A stretch of DNA of 64,000 nucleotides, taken from the NCBI RefSeq assembly GCF_009914755.1, contig NC_060936.1. One strand, given 5' to 3'. Positions within the stretch are counted from its first letter, which is position 1, and each line of letters starts with the position of its first letter. Positions 11,661-27,053 of this stretch are shown one piece after another. This DNA is from the human T2T-CHM13v2.0 reference genome, Homo sapiens. The notes beneath the pieces are model-generated. The model was not told where the DNA came from. It saw only the letters and a list, made by a program, of their open reading frames with translations, and did not search any database. The position numbers were made by a program, and so were the translations under genes.

Positions 11661-12475
11661 TGACATATGCTTTATTTACAATACCAACAGCAGCTTTATA
11701 TATAGATATGCATGTAAATATATACAAAATACTACAATGTGGGAAGATTAACATTCGTACACATTCATTGATTTCAGAGTTTCTTTGCTAACTTTCTCTG
11801 TCATATTCTCTAGGTTTACATCATCAAAAGGAAAATCACACATGAAGGGTACTTCAGTATAATAAATATAAGCTTGTGTAATCAATCATTGATAGACTGA
11901 TGTGAAGTAACTTCCAGTTCCCATTTCCAACTCTCAGAGTTAGGATTAAAAACATCATGTCATGAACTCACACAACAAGGAAATACAGCATCCCTTAATT
12001 TTCTACACATTGATCTGCCATTAGGTTGGACTTCCAAACCTTTCAGAAAGGAAAGAACTGTGAATGTGTCTCTCTTATACCTGTTCTTCTCACCTTGGTT
12101 CAGTTCCAGCTTGTGTATTGTCCAGACTGCTCAGGAGGTGATGATTGCAGGGAGGATGTCATGCTCATCATGAAAATGCTTTGGTTCATCAGAATTTGAA
12201 GAAGGCTTCCTTGGCCCAGTGCTCATGGTGCCTCCAGGGCAGTATGAAGCTTTGAAGCAATCATTTAGGTCATGAAGTAAGGTCAGAAGATAAGTGCTGT
12301 CCACAGGACCAACTCAAAATGTTGCCTTTGGGTTTCCAAATGGTTGCTGCATCTTCTTGCATTAGGCTTGCTCCCAAACACAATGTGTTTATTGCTCATT
12401 CTCCTTTGTATATTGATTCTGCATCTAAGGAAATGAGGCCTGGATCCAGGAGGTGAGAATGATGCTTTCCACCTC

Positions 12476-13781
<1,306 letters not shown>

Positions 13782-14599
13782 AGTGGGAAGAGTCACCTGG
13801 ATTCCACAGAGACTGCTGGCCACTTGAGCAGCTCCCAGAAGCCCAGGACTTACCAAGACCAGCATTTTCCACTTATCTCTTAAATACCTTTCCAGCTTAT
13901 CCCTTCTTAAATATTTAAGACCTTGATGGAATGAAAGGAAGCCATCAAAAGTTAAATTTTAAGGCAACTACAGGTGCTACCAGATAATATTACATCTCAC
14001 ATAATATTTTTCCAAATATAGCTTTTATTCCAGACTCCCTAGTTTTGACATATCCAAATATTTTGGTCTCTGTTATATTCCAGCCCTCTTGTTTCTTCAT
14101 TATTACGGATGACCACATTATTAAAAAGACAGAATGCCTCTTCCCATATGTGTAGTTTACACACTTTTCTCTGCTTTTCCTGGAACACTTTTTATTACAT
14201 CATCAGATCAATTGTTTTATGTCAGTGGAATGACATGATAGAGCGAACTATATTGGTAAATTGTTATCAGGCTCAAATCATAGATGATTCCAAGTAGCAC
14301 TGCATCTTGTACAGAATACAACCAATCTAATGCAGCTACAAAATATAGCAAGGCTATATCAGATAACAAAATGCAGAGAATGGGATAGTCACTTTTATGC
14401 TGCGAAGGAAAAAAAATACCAAACTATAAGTGGTTAGGCTCACCTGTTCTTGAATGCCATGATACAGGTAAGTCAAGAAATGCATGATCTCAGAAAAGGA
14501 TGTGCTGCTTAACAAGAAGGGGTAGAGAGGAGAAGAGGATAAATAGAACATGTAAAGAAAAGCAGAAGTTCTACTTCATTGAAAGACTGAAATTTTTCT

Positions 14600-14904
14600 C
14601 TTTTTTTATTTTGAGACAGGATCTCGTTCTGTCACCCAAGCTGGAGTGCAGTGTCATGATCATAGATCCCTGCAGACTCTTACTCCTGGACTCAAGAAAT
14701 TCCCCACCTCAGCCTCCCAAGTAGCTGGCATCACAGGCATGCACCACCATTCTAGGCTATTTTATTTCATTTCATTTCATTTTTGTACAGACAGGGTCTC
14801 ACCATGTTGCCCTGGCTGGCCTCAAACTTCTAGGCTCAGGCAATCCTTCTACCTTGGCCTCCCAAAGTGCTGGGATTACAGGCACAAGCCACTGTGCCCC
14901 GGCC
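14600..14904 (-). mobile_element. AluJ-type element
   Basis: Antisense Alu dimer with GAAATTTTT..CTC flanking repeat. Confidence 0.92.
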
Positions 14905-15217
14905 AGAAATTTTTTTCTCCAAAAGTGAAGAAAAAGAAACAAAGGAAGAAACCTGAAGATGCACTGTGTTTTAAAATAGAAAAAAATATAGCAAACTCCT
15001 ACTTGGGTTATAGATGTGACATCTGGGCTTTAAGCAATGATTAAATAAAAACCACCACCTGCAAATCATTCCAATTAGCTATAGGGCTCCAGAAAACGTT
15101 TTAAAATAATGTGATGTGTGCTCTGCCACAGACTTCTGAGAAACTCAAGTTCCATGAACTACAGCGAGGACAATAAAAACTGGTCAAACTGAATTGGGGT
15201 GGGATTGATTACCGCTG

Positions 15218-15652
15218 AGTCTTAGTCCATTTAGGGTTGCTATAACAGAATAGCCAAGGCTGGGTAATTTATGAAGAAAAGAGATTAATTTGGTTCATGA
15301 TTCTTGTGATGAAAAGTCGAAGAGCATGGCACTACCTTCTGCTTTGCTTCTGGTGACGGTCATGTGCTATGTCACAACATGGCACGGAAGCAGAAAGGCG
15401 AGTGGGCATATACAGAAAGAGACCAAACATGGAGGCAAGTTTGCTTTAAAATAAGTTGCCCTCACAGTAAATATTCCAGTGCTGCAAGAGTGAGAACTCA
15501 CTCCTGCAAGACAGCATTAGTTTGTTCAACATGGATATGCCCCCATGGCATAAACATCTCCCACTAGGCCCCACATCCCCAACATGGCTCCACTGGCAAT
15601 CAAATTTCAACATGAGATTCAAAGGGAAAAAAACTAAAATTCAAACCATAGA
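15218..15652 (-). mobile_element. MST-type (ERVL-MaLR) solo LTR
   Basis: GTCTTAGTCCATTT...CTGGGTAATTTAT at one end and AAATTTCAACATGAGATT...TTCAAACCATAG at the other. Confidence 0.85.
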
Positions 15653-15689
15653 ATCCTGGGACTAAATGTGCTCAAATGGGTTAAAACAT

Positions 15690-15698
15690 TGTGTGTGT

Positions 15699-15735
<37 letters not shown>
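15690..15735. repeat. (TG)n microsatellite
   Basis: Read directly. Confidence 0.95.
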
Positions 15736-15736
<1 letters not shown>

Positions 15737-17059
15737 TGGTGCATGTTTGCAATTAAGTATCAGAAGAGCTTCTAGCTTAAACTAAAAGAAGCATTATGAG
15801 TTTAAATAAAAACAATGTTCTGTGGAATGCTAGGATCCTACACAGTTAGTGGGCTGCTCTCTGACCTTGGGTTTTAGCTGGGGCTTCTCTGAGGGTAGCC
15901 AGCCAACACAGCAAGTATGTCAGTGGAGGGACTCCGTGGAGGTTGCAAGGACTTTGCTGGAGGCCAGGCACTAACTGTGGAAAATTCCATTAAAGAATAA
16001 ACACACAATAGCTGGCCAGGAGCTAAGTCCTGATTTTGACTCCAGAGGGAAAATGGCCACTTCTTGTACCTATGATTTCTTCCCCACTCTGAATGAGGTA
16101 GCCAGATGGCACCTGGGGATGGATGCCTCCCAAAACAGAAGCAGCCTACTACTTTTGTGACTTGATCTGGAAGGCTTTTGATCCCCAGTTCTCAGGGACT
16201 GGGAGTTGGAGAGCAATGTCATCCTCTTGCTAGCTCCCCAAGGTCCTTCCCTTTCAGTGGGGATGTCATTGCAGAGAAAAACCTCTGAACCTCAACATGG
16301 ACTCTAGCCTGTACTCCAGGAAATCAGACCCTCCAAGCTCCACTGTGGATATTTTCCCTCCTAACTTGTTTTTGAGAGCAGCGGGCACTATTTAATCAGT
16401 AGCCAGGGCCTACTCAAAGCATGCAGGAGGTCCAAATCCACCTGAAACCCAGCTCTCCGCATCATGAATGGCCTTTGGAAGTTCCATTTCAAAAAAATCT
16501 TAAGGTCTTTATGCTACTAGAGTCTTTTCTCCCCTGAGCAACAGCCATCTCTTCAACCTGACTTCCCTTGTCCATGACTAAAGACTTCTTTTGCTTGAGG
16601 CCACCATCTCCAGAACTCTTATTCAGAAGGCATATCCCGCCATTTCCATCAAGGAAAAAAATACTTTCCCTCTCTCAATAGGAGCTGTAGTCACATTTGT
16701 AAATACACAGATAAGAAAAGAGGGTCATAACAGGAGGAGATAAATAACAGGAGGAGATGAATTGTTGGAATGGATATTTACAGGGATATTTACACTCTGT
16801 ATACATATAGAGATAGATGAGGATGTAGATATACATACAAATATATTTTGTATATACATTACATTTGTCCAATATCAGACTTTTGGGATACATTTATTTA
16901 TTTTTAATTGACAAGTAATAATGTATATTCATGGGGTATAATGTGATATGTTTGTCTATATATACCTTGTAGAAAGGTTAAATCTAGATAATTAACATAT
17001 CCATCACTTACCAACTTATCATTTCTGTATGTGGTGGGAACGTTAAAATATCTATTCTT

Positions 17060-17216
17060 GCCAGGCAAGGTGGCACACTTGTAATCCCAGCTACTTGGGA
17101 GGCTAAGGTGGGAGGATCACTTGAGGCCAGGGGTTTGAGGCTGCAGAGCATTAAGATTATGCCTGTGAATAGCCATTGCACTTCAGCCTGGGCATCATAG
17201 CAATATCCCATCTCTT
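17060..17216 (+). mobile_element. Fossil Alu monomer (FAM-like)
   Basis: Single monomer retaining the 7SL-derived GCCTGTGAATAGCCA segment; degenerate ATCTAT(T/C)CTT TSD. Confidence 0.8.
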
Positions 17217-18980
17217 TAAAACATAATCTATCCTTTAAGCAATTTTGAAATAGGCAATGCATTATTACTGGCCATGGTCACCATGCACTGCAATAAATTA
17301 CTAAGACTTACACCTCCAGCCTAACTGAAACTTTGTACCCTTTGATCAACATCTCCCCTTACCTCATCCCTCCTACTTCTCCCACTTTTCTCCAGCCTCT
17401 GTTAACCACCTTTCTACTCTGTTTCTATAAGATTGTCTTTTCGATCCCATATGTAAATGAGATCATACACTATTTGTCTTTCTGTGCCTGACTTATTTCA
17501 CTTAGCATAATATCCTGAAGGTCCATCTATATTGCCACAAAAGATGAATTCCCTTCTATTTTAAGGCTGTATGGCATTCAATTGTGTATATATACCACAT
17601 TTTCTTTATTCATTAATCCATTGATAGAAACTTAGCTTGTTTCTATATCATGGTCATTGTGAGAATGCTGATATAAGCACGGGAGTGCAGACGTCTCTTC
17701 CATATTTTGATTTCAGATCCTTTGGATATGTACTCAGAAGTAGGATTTTGGGTCTCATAGTAATTTTATTTTTGTTTCTTGAAGACGCTTCATCCTATTT
17801 TCCAAAATAGCTGTACTAACTTACATTCTCACCAACAGTGTACCAGAGTTCTCTTTTCTCCACCTCCTCACCAACACTTGTTATCATTCATCTTTTTTGT
17901 AATAACCATTCTACCAAGTGTGAAGAGATACCTCATTGTGATTTTACTTTGCATTTCCCTGATGGTTAGTATTTTTTCATATATCTCGTGGCCATTTGTA
18001 GGTATTCTTTTGAGAAATATCTGTACAGGTCCTTTGTCCATTTCTTTAAATAGGTTATTTTTTTCCATTGAGTTGTTTGAATTTTTTATATTTTTTATGT
18101 TTCCCCTTATTGGATGTATGGTTTGCAAATATTTTTCACAATCTGTAGGTTGTCTCTCCATTATGTTCATTGTTTTCTTTACTGTACAGAAGTATTTTAG
18201 TTTGATGCTATCCCATTTGTCTATTTTTACTTTTGTTGTACATGCTTTTAGTCTAATACAATAAATCATTGTCCAGACCAACAACAGGAAGTTTTTCCCC
18301 TAAGTATTCTTTTATGGTTTTTATAGTTTTGGGTCTTATGTTTAAGTCTGCAATCGATTTTGAGTTGATTTTTGTATATGGTGTGAGATAAGAGCCCAAG
18401 TTCATTCTTCTGCAAGTGGATATCCAGTTTCCCTAACACCATTTATTGAAGAGACAATCCTTTCCCTATTGTGTTTTCTTGGCATCTTTGTGGAAAATCA
18501 TTTGACTGTAAGTACTTGGGTATATATCGGAGCTTTCTAGCCTGTTTCATTAGTCGATATGTCTGTCTTTATACCAATACTATGCTGTTTTGGTTATAAT
18601 AGCTTTATAATATATTTAGAAATCAGGAAGTGAGATACCTCCAGCTTTCTTCTTTTCTTCAAGATTGCTTTGGCTATTAATGTCTTTTCTTGTTCTATAT
18701 AATTAGAATTTTGTAGGGATTTTATTGAATCTGTAAATCACATTGGGTGGTACAAACATTTTAAGAATATTAATTATTCCAATCCATGAAAACAGGATAA
18801 CTTTCCACTTATTTGTGTCTTCTTCAAATCTTTCATCAATGCTTTGTATTTTTCAGTGTGCAAATCATCACCTCCTTGGTTATATTTACTCCTTTTTTGA
18901 TGCTATCATATATGGAATTGTTTCTTTATTTTCTTTTTTGAATAGTTTGTCATTAGTGTATAGAAATACTACTGATTTTC

Positions 18981-19283
18981 AGCTGGGTGTGGTGGCTAAT
19001 GCCTGTAATCCCAGCACTTTGGAAGGCCAAGGTGGGTGGATCAGTTGAGGGCAAAAGTTCAAGAAAAGCTTGGCCAATATGGCAAAAGTCCATCTCTACT
19101 AAAAATACAAAAAAAAATTAGCTGGGCATGGTGGTGCATGCCTGTAGTCCCAGCTACTCTGGAGGCTGAGGCACAAGAATCACTTGAACCCAGAAACCAG
19201 AGTTTGCAGCGAGCTGAGACTGTGCCACTGTACTCCAGCCTGGGCAACAGAGTGAGACTCTAAACAAAAAAATAAGAAAAACA
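18981..19283 (+). mobile_element. AluS element inside L1
   Basis: Full dimer, A-tail, TSD AAATACT(A/G)CTGA. Confidence 0.95.
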
Positions 19284-19622
19284 AATACTGCTGAATTTTG
19301 TATGTTGATTCCACAACCTAAAACTTTATTGGATTTGTCATTTGTAACAGTTTGGTTGGTTTTTTGAAGAGGTTTTGGGGTTTTCTATATATAAAATTGT
19401 GTCATCAGCAAACAGAGATGATTTCTATTCTCTCTTTCCCAATTAGATGTCTTTTGTTTCTCTTTCTTGCCTAATTGCTCAGGTTAGGAATTCCAGTACT
19501 ATATTGAATAGAAGTGGCAAAAGTAGGCATCCTTGACTTGTTGCTGATCTTAGAGGATCTTTGCCACTGAGCATGATGTTACCTGTGGGCTTGTCACATA
19601 TGGACTTTATTGTGTTGAGATA

Positions 19623-19900
19623 TAATATGGTTCGGATGTTCATTCCCTCCAATTCTTGTGTTGAAATGTGATCACAAATGTTGGAGGTGGGGCCTAGTGG
19701 GAGGTGTTTTGGTCAAGGAGATGGATTCCTCATTAATAACTTGATGCCACCCCCTTGGTGATGAGTGAGTTCTCCCTCTTAGTTCATGTGAGAGCTAGTT
19801 GTTTAAAAGAGCCTGGTATCTTCCCTCTCTCTCTTCTAGTTCAGTCCCTCTTGCCATGTGACACAATTGTCCTCCTTCTTTCACCATGATTCTAAGTTTT
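19623..19900 (+). mobile_element. MSTB-like LTR, 3'-truncated, inside L1
   Basis: ATATGGTTCGGATG...TGTTGGAGGTGGGGCCTAGTGGGAGGTGTTT; truncated where L1 resumes at a non-adjacent position. Confidence 0.8.
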
Positions 19901-21729
19901 CTATTTCATCCTGATTCAGTCATGGAAGATTTTATGTTTCCAGGAATTTGATTTTTTTCTAGGGTGTCCAATTTTTTTGTTTATAATTGCTCATAGTAGT
20001 TTTCTATGATCTTTCAAATTTCTGTGTTTTCCATTATAATGTGTCCTCTTTCATTTATGATTTTGTTTGAGTCTCCTCTGTTCTTTTCTGTGTTAGTCTA
20101 GCAAATGGTTTATCACTTTTATCTTTTCAAAAAACCAATTTTTTATTTTGATCTTTTGTACTGTTTTTCTAGTCTCTATTTTATTTATTTCTACTCTTAT
20201 ATCTGTCATTTCCCTTTTTCTGCTATTATTCTTTTTTTTCTAGTTCCTTAAGGAATAACATTAGGTTGTATGTTTGAGATTTTTCTTCTTTTTTAATGTA
20301 GGCATTTATTGCCATAACTTCCCTCTCAGAACTCTTTTTACTGCATCCCATAAGTTTTGGCATGTTATGTTTTTATTTTTGTTTGTGTCAAGATGTTTTC
20401 AAATTTTTACTTTAACTTCTTCTTTGACCCACTGGTTGTTCAGAAGTACATTGTTTAATTCCCACACATTTGTGTGTTTATCAGAATTTCTTCTGCTATT
20501 TATCTCTAGTTCCATTGTGTCATCAACAAACAGACATGATTTCAATTCTCTTTCCCAATTAGATGTCTTTTGTTTCTTTTTCTTGCCTAATTGCTCAGGT
20601 TAGGAATGTCAGTACTATATTGAATAGAAGTTTTGCAGTCAGAAAAGATAATCAACATGATTTCAAGCTCCTTAAATTAGTTAAGACTAGTTTTGTGGAG
20701 AATGTTTTGTGTGCACTTGAGAAGAATGTGTATTCTGTTGCTGTTAGATGGAAAGTTCTGTAAATATATTGTAGGTCTATTTGGTCTAAAGCATAGTTCA
20801 AAATTTATGTTTTCTAATTGATTTTCTGTCTAGATGAGGCATTCGGTGTTGAATGTGAGGTATTAAAGCCTCCTGATATTGTAGTACTGCAGTCTATCTC
20901 TCTCTTTAGATCTACTCATATTTCCTTTATATATTTAGGTACTCCAATGTGAGGTGCATATGTATTTAAAATTGCTATATTCTCTTGATGAATTGACCCC
21001 TTTATCATTATATAATGACTTTCATTGTTTCTTTTTACAGTTTTTGACTTACAGTCTATTATGTCTGCTATAAGTATAGCTACCCCCAACCTCTTTTGCT
21101 TTTCATTTGTGTAGAATAATTTTGTCCATTCCTTCACTTCCAGTTTCTTTGTATTTCTAAAGATAAAGTGAATCTCTTATAGGCAGCATAGAGTTGGGTC
21201 TTGTTTTTCAATCCATTCAGCCACTCAATGTTTTTAATTGAAGAATTTAATTCAGTTGAAAGAAACTGAATTCATTCAATGGAATGTAAGTGAATTCTTC
21301 AATTAACAAAGAAAGGAAGGTAGGTAAGAAATACTACTGCCATTTTTTACATTGTTTTCTGATTATGTGGTAGATCCTTTGTTCTCTTTCTCTCTAGCTG
21401 TCTTCCTTTGTGTTTTTATAATTTTCTATAGTAGTATGCTTTGAATCCTTTCTTTTTATCTTTTGTGTATCTACAAATGGTCTTTATGGTTGCCATGAGG
21501 CTTACATAAAACATCTTATAACAGGATATTTTAAATGGACAAGTTAACTTTTATCATTTGCAGAAACTCTACACATTTATTCCCCTCCCCAATTGATGTT
21601 TCTGATGTGATATTTGATATCTTTTATAGTTTGAATCCCTTGACAAATTATTATAGCTATGGTTGTTTTTGGTAGTTTTGTCTCTATACCAGAGATACAA
21701 TTGATTTCTCACCTTTATTACAATATTAG

Positions 21730-22033
21730 TTTTTTGTTTGTTTGTTGTTGTTGTTGTTGTTGTTTTTTGAGACAGAGTCTCACTCTGTCACCCAGGCTGG
21801 AGTGCAATGGTGTGATGTCGGCTCAGGGCAACTTCCGCCTCTTGGGTTCAAGTGATTCTCCCCCCTCAGCCTCCTGAGTAGCTGGAATTACAGGCACGCA
21901 CCATATGCCCAGCTAATTTTTTTATTTTCAGTAGAGATGGGGTTTCACCATGTTGGTCAGGCTGGTCTTGAACTCCTGACTTCAGGTGATCCACCCGCCT
22001 CAGCCTCCCGAAGTGCTGAGATTACACACCCCG
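21730..22033 (-). mobile_element. AluS element with (TTG)n tail
   Basis: Antisense Alu dimer; CAATATTA on both flanks. Confidence 0.93.
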
Positions 22034-24661
22034 TCACAATATTAATTTTCTGACTTTTATTATATATTGACTTTTACCAGTAAGTTTTACATTTTCATGT
22101 ATTTTTATGTTGCTACTTAGTTACCCTTTCCTTCAGCTTTTAAGACTCATTTTAGCATTTATTTTCAGTTAGATCTAGTGGTGATAAATTTCCTCAGCTG
22201 TTGTGTGTCTGAAGAAGTTTTTATTGTTCCTTCATTTTTGAAAGACAGGATTGTTAGGGATAGTACTACTGTTGGCAGTTTTGTCTTCTGCTTGATTTAG
22301 TCTGCTGTTGAACATCTTTATTGAATTTTAGAGTTATGTTATTATGTTCTTCAGCTTCATCATTTCTTTTTGGTCCTTTTTAGTATTCTCTTTTTGTTGA
22401 ACTTTTCAGTTTGCTCATGTATTGCTCTTCTTACCTAAGTGAAGACCTATATGGCTGTTCTTTTATATTTCTATTTCATTAATGTTGGTTTCTGGAAATT
22501 TATCTTGTTCCTTTATTTGAAATATATTTATTCATATCTTTATTTTCTGTGGCTATCTTTGTTGGTTTCTGTTCATTAGGTAAGAAACTTCACTTTGTTA
22601 GACTGGTGTTGTAAGTAAGATTTTCCTCCCTAATCAGCCCAGCCAGAGATTCCAGGTGCCTAAATTATTTGTGCTCGTCCAACTTACTGTCTTTGTTTTT
22701 TATGGCCCCAAGAGATAAGAAAGTGTCAAGTTGTGCTATTACCTTGAGAGAAAAGTAAGATAGAAGCCAGCCCCTTGAGATGCAGCTGAAGAAGTTGGGG
22801 TGTTAGATATGTGTCCCAGTTCCTTCTTTCCTTGTGGAGAAGCTGAGAGCCAGAGTTTATCTCTCACTTGTTCCGTCCTATGCCAAGGAGAAAATCTGCA
22901 GCAGATGCTCATGCCTTTTTTTAGACTGATTACTTTGAACTTGGAGAGATAGATGCTGCATGTTTACAGGTTTAAAAATCACCTTTTTGTTCTCTGTGAT
23001 CTAAGAGACTTAGGAGTGCAGAGCACTGTCAACTCCTAGAGCTAGGTAATTTAAGAGCCAGTCCCTTGGGTCAATTCCTATAAAACTTGAGGCACCCAAG
23101 CCATGCAGAAACTACTTGCAAGGAGAGCTTGCAGATTTGGATTTACTGCTGGAGCAATCCTGGGAAGAAGTAACAGGGAGTGCTCACTCTCCTGTATGAG
23201 CAATAGAAGTTTCATAACCTCCTTGCAGTGAGAGATTTCTGATCTGGAGTTATAACTGAAGTAAGCCAGGGAAGAAGGTACATAGAATACCTACTTTCTC
23301 TTTCAAGCATGGAGTAGTTCCCCAGCCTCTTTCCAATAAGAAATTTCAGGAATTTATCTCTAGAGCAAACAGAAAAAGATGGCTCAGGGAGTGCCATCCC
23401 TCCAGTACTTGCTGGCAGAGACCTGTAACCTCTTTCCACAAATAAATTGCAGGCTAAAATTATCACTGGAGCAAGCTGAAGAAGAAGGCACAGGAAGTGC
23501 CACTTCTCCTACTTAGGCTCCAGAAGTTTATTCTTTGTTTGCTACATAGGCTCCCAGATAATGGCTTGATAGAAGCTAGAACCACAGGAAGCTGCTGGAA
23601 AAGCATTCAGCAAACCGTTTGCAAAGGGGAAGTTGGAAGCTAGGCTGATTCTAGGGAGTACAGCTGCTGGAAGTGCTCGCGAGGTTAAAACTCCAGTTTG
23701 TTATTTGTGCTTGAAAGAAATCCTCCAATGCCCTCTTCCTGCTGCCCCTCGAACAAGGTGATTTAAAAGCCATGCTCTCAGGAGGTACTGTAAAAGTTGG
23801 GTGCTTTATGTGTGATAAATACTACTTACCTCTCAGGAAGAATTTGGGAGTTGGGATTTCCTTCCCAGTGTAAGGTTCTGTGCTCAGGGTAAGGTTAGTA
23901 CACAATGTATCTCTGTTTTTCCTACTCATTTTTATGTGGACATTTTCTCAGTCATCCAATGGTAGGAATCTTTCAACTGGATTCCGGTTTTCTCTTGGAA
24001 AGATTGATGTGTATGTAGATATACATTCAGTGTTGTCTGTGGAAAAAGGAATAATCAAGACCCTCCTATCCACTATGTTGCTGATGTCACCCCACAGCTA
24101 GTATTATCTTAATAGCACACTGTATTATTTAGGCCTGGAAATGGACAAAGTGTTGTATTTCTGCTCAGTGTCTTTTTGAGTTGTGTTCTGTGCTTCTCCA
24201 CTCATCTGCTAGGAATTTTATTCATTTATGTCATGGGTTGAAGTTCAAAGACTTAATTAATTTTCCATTACTTTTTTCCTTAATAGCAAATCATTTTACC
24301 CTAACTCTAGTTATAATACAAGAACAAAGATTATTTATGTGTTTCTTATCTTCCTATCGCTATGACATAAAAGAGATAGAAAACATGAAATATAAAAGCA
24401 TACAACTTCTCAAAGAGGCTCACTTTGCATCATTGAAGGAAAACAATCCTCATTAGTTGTGATAAGACTGGACTAGAGCATCTCTGAATGTGTCAACAGG
24501 TAAGGAACAAAATAGATCTTCAAAATCAAATTCCAAGTGGTCTGGGAAACTGCTCTGTCACACAGTAGCTCACATGAAAATTGTCCACTTAGATAGACAT
24601 AGTCATAACAGAGAAGGTGGTGGCTGGAAACCTATCTCAGCTCTCAGATACCCCACCATGT

Positions 24662-25370
24662 ACAGTAGCAAGCCCCAGCCCCTTATCCATGGGGATACAT
24701 TCCAAGACTCCCAGTGAATGCCTGAAGCCACAGATAGTACCAAATCCAATTGCCATCAATCAGAACACGTTTCTTTCACACCTTCCACGTACAAATTTAG
24801 TGCCTTTCCATCCTAACTAAGCACTTATCATGCGCTATGATCATAACTTTTGCAGTCTTATGCGAGACACAAAACTAGCATAAATTTCTTTTTCTTCACA
24901 ATTTCATGGATAGAAGATTTTTTTTTACCGTAGGAATTAGCAACCACAGCATAGAACTTTTTTCCTTATTAAATTGGTAACTTAAATTTTCTTACTTAAA
25001 GGAAGAACTTTATGTTTTCTCTTTTGGCATGACCACTACTCTTGCACTTTAGGCCCACTATTAAGTAAAATAAAGTTACTCGAACGTAAGCACTGTGATA
25101 GTGCAAAAGTCATACTGATGATGAGGAAGATACTAAGTGACTACCAGGTAGGTAGCATAGACAGTGTGGATATGCTAGAAAAAGGATGAATCACATCCTG
25201 GACAGGACAGAGTAAGATGATGTGAGATTTCATCAGGCTATTTAAGATGATGTGCAATTTAAAATTATAAATGCTTTATTTTTGGAACTTTCCATGTAAT
25301 ATTTTGAATCGTGGTTGACTGTGGGTAAGTGAAACTGCAGAAAGCAAAACCATGAATAAGGGGGACTACC
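24662..25370. mobile_element. MER44/Tigger7-type DNA transposon
   Basis: Terminal inverted repeats CAGTAG..CCCTTATCCATGG and CCATGAATAAGGGGGACTAC. Confidence 0.8.
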
Positions 25371-27029
25371 ATATGTTTCTATCCCCTCCATCTACCCATG
25401 GAGAGATGTGCCTACCTCCCTGTTCTCTGGGGCACCTGCCCTCTCAGGTGGCTTTTACTTCGTATGGCAGACATTTTTCTTCTGGGCCCTATCTCAATGC
25501 TTAGAATTTAAGACATCCATCTTTATTAACACCCATATCTATTATGGAAGGAAGTCTATACAAGTTAACATACATTCTGTCAAGGATAAGTAGCTCTCTT
25601 ATTCCATCTTCTCACGCAAGTATCTATTCTTATATTCACTACTGTCACAGGATTGCTGACTCAGAAATAGAGTCACTATAAAATGTTGTGAGAGGTAAAA
25701 GAGAAGTTTCTTGAATTGGGAATGAGTCCTCAAACTTTTATTCATATAAAATACTATTCAAGAAACCTTTTTTAAGCATCTATTTGTGCAAGGCACTGTG
25801 CTTGGCTCTAGCTGTGAATAAAGAAGGCTCATCCCCTGCCCCAGAGGAGCTTCATGTCTAATCAAACCTGTTGAGAGGGATTAATATGGAAGGTATATTC
25901 TGTGTTTTTTTTTCCAAGAATTGCACTTTTGTGATGGTTATCTGAGAAGAAAGCACATTTCTGCTTAGCATCAGTATTTCAGTATTGGTTTGAAGTAGCT
26001 AAGTGGTATAATATTTAAAATACTCACATTCTACGTCACATGGGTTCTAACAAACACTGTGTAAGCTATCATGTATTTACCTGTCTTTTTCCTAGCAAGT
26101 TTGTACATTTTTTAGCACGGGAACTATATTTTACTTACCATGATTTTCATTGTCAAGCACAATGCCTGGCACATAGCACGCCCTCAATGAACATTTGTTA
26201 CGTTATTTCTGCAAATAGTTCTGTGACCAGGATGCCAGGGTACTATTCTACTGGCAAGAAAAACGGCTGTCTTAATATCTTACTTTTCCTATTCATATAA
26301 GAATCATGAAAATGTGTCAGACTGATTGTGAAAAGGCTTCGATCAATCCTAGCAGAAATATCTTCATTAAACCTGTTGTTGTCAGTTCTGACTCAAATCT
26401 CCTTTCTTCTTATACTGTTGCCAACATCTCAATCACATTTCTAACTCATGGAAATTATTTCTGGGTATACCCACCTACTCACACTGGAAAAAAAACACCA
26501 GGGCAAGTTTATATGCTTGCCCTTATTTCAAGAGAAGTGACTATGAGAGTATATTCATCAATCACTCTCTAGAAAGCAATGAGAGAAGTAAAATCTTTGG
26601 GAAATTAATAATAAGGTGAGTGGGTGTGCAGGAGACAGATGGTAGAATCTTGAAAATCACAGTTATTTCAATGACAGGACTTCCTTACTCTAGATACTAT
26701 ATGAAACATCAAAATATTACAAGAAATTTTTAAAATAACAAATTTTAAAACTAATGAGTATAGTTTTCAAGAAATCTTTGGTACTGGCCTATGTATTTCT
26801 GCATTGACACCAAATCTTTCCAAATGTATAATTAAAACTTGGTCTTGGACATCATAAACTGTTTATTCACAAATTCCCCAGAAAACATACATTTTTATAA
26901 AGAAAGATTTTGACTTAGATCTTTATTTTGGGGCTCTGTGATGAGGGGCTATGTGTGTATTACTGTTGAATGTTTTAAAAGCACACACACATGAATGTGT
27001 GTGTGCTTGCATATTCATTTTAACATTAT

Positions 27030-27053
27030 ATACACACACACACACACACACAC
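27030..27053. repeat. (CA)n microsatellite
   Basis: Read directly. Confidence 0.9.

Larger units (their letters stand above)
16890..24095 (-). mobile_element. Old near-full-length L1 (L1MA type) with internal deletions and insertions
   Basis: L1MA-like 3' UTR at ~16890; ORF2 remnants (17868-18284 IDKWDSIKLK; 20916-21137 endonuclease HYIMIKGSIHQE); 5' end-like CTATGTTGCTGATGTCAC at ~24075. Confidence 0.85.

Noticed and set aside
11878-11890. TAATCAATCA as a DUX binding site next to the DUX relic (also near-matches at ~14323, ~50664, ~55628)
   Set aside because: None matches the 11-bp TAAYYYAATCA consensus exactly, and near-matches are frequent in AT-rich DNA
15830-16680. GC-richer unique-looking block, possibly an old LTR or enhancer
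   Set aside because: No family, termini or ORF could be assigned by eye
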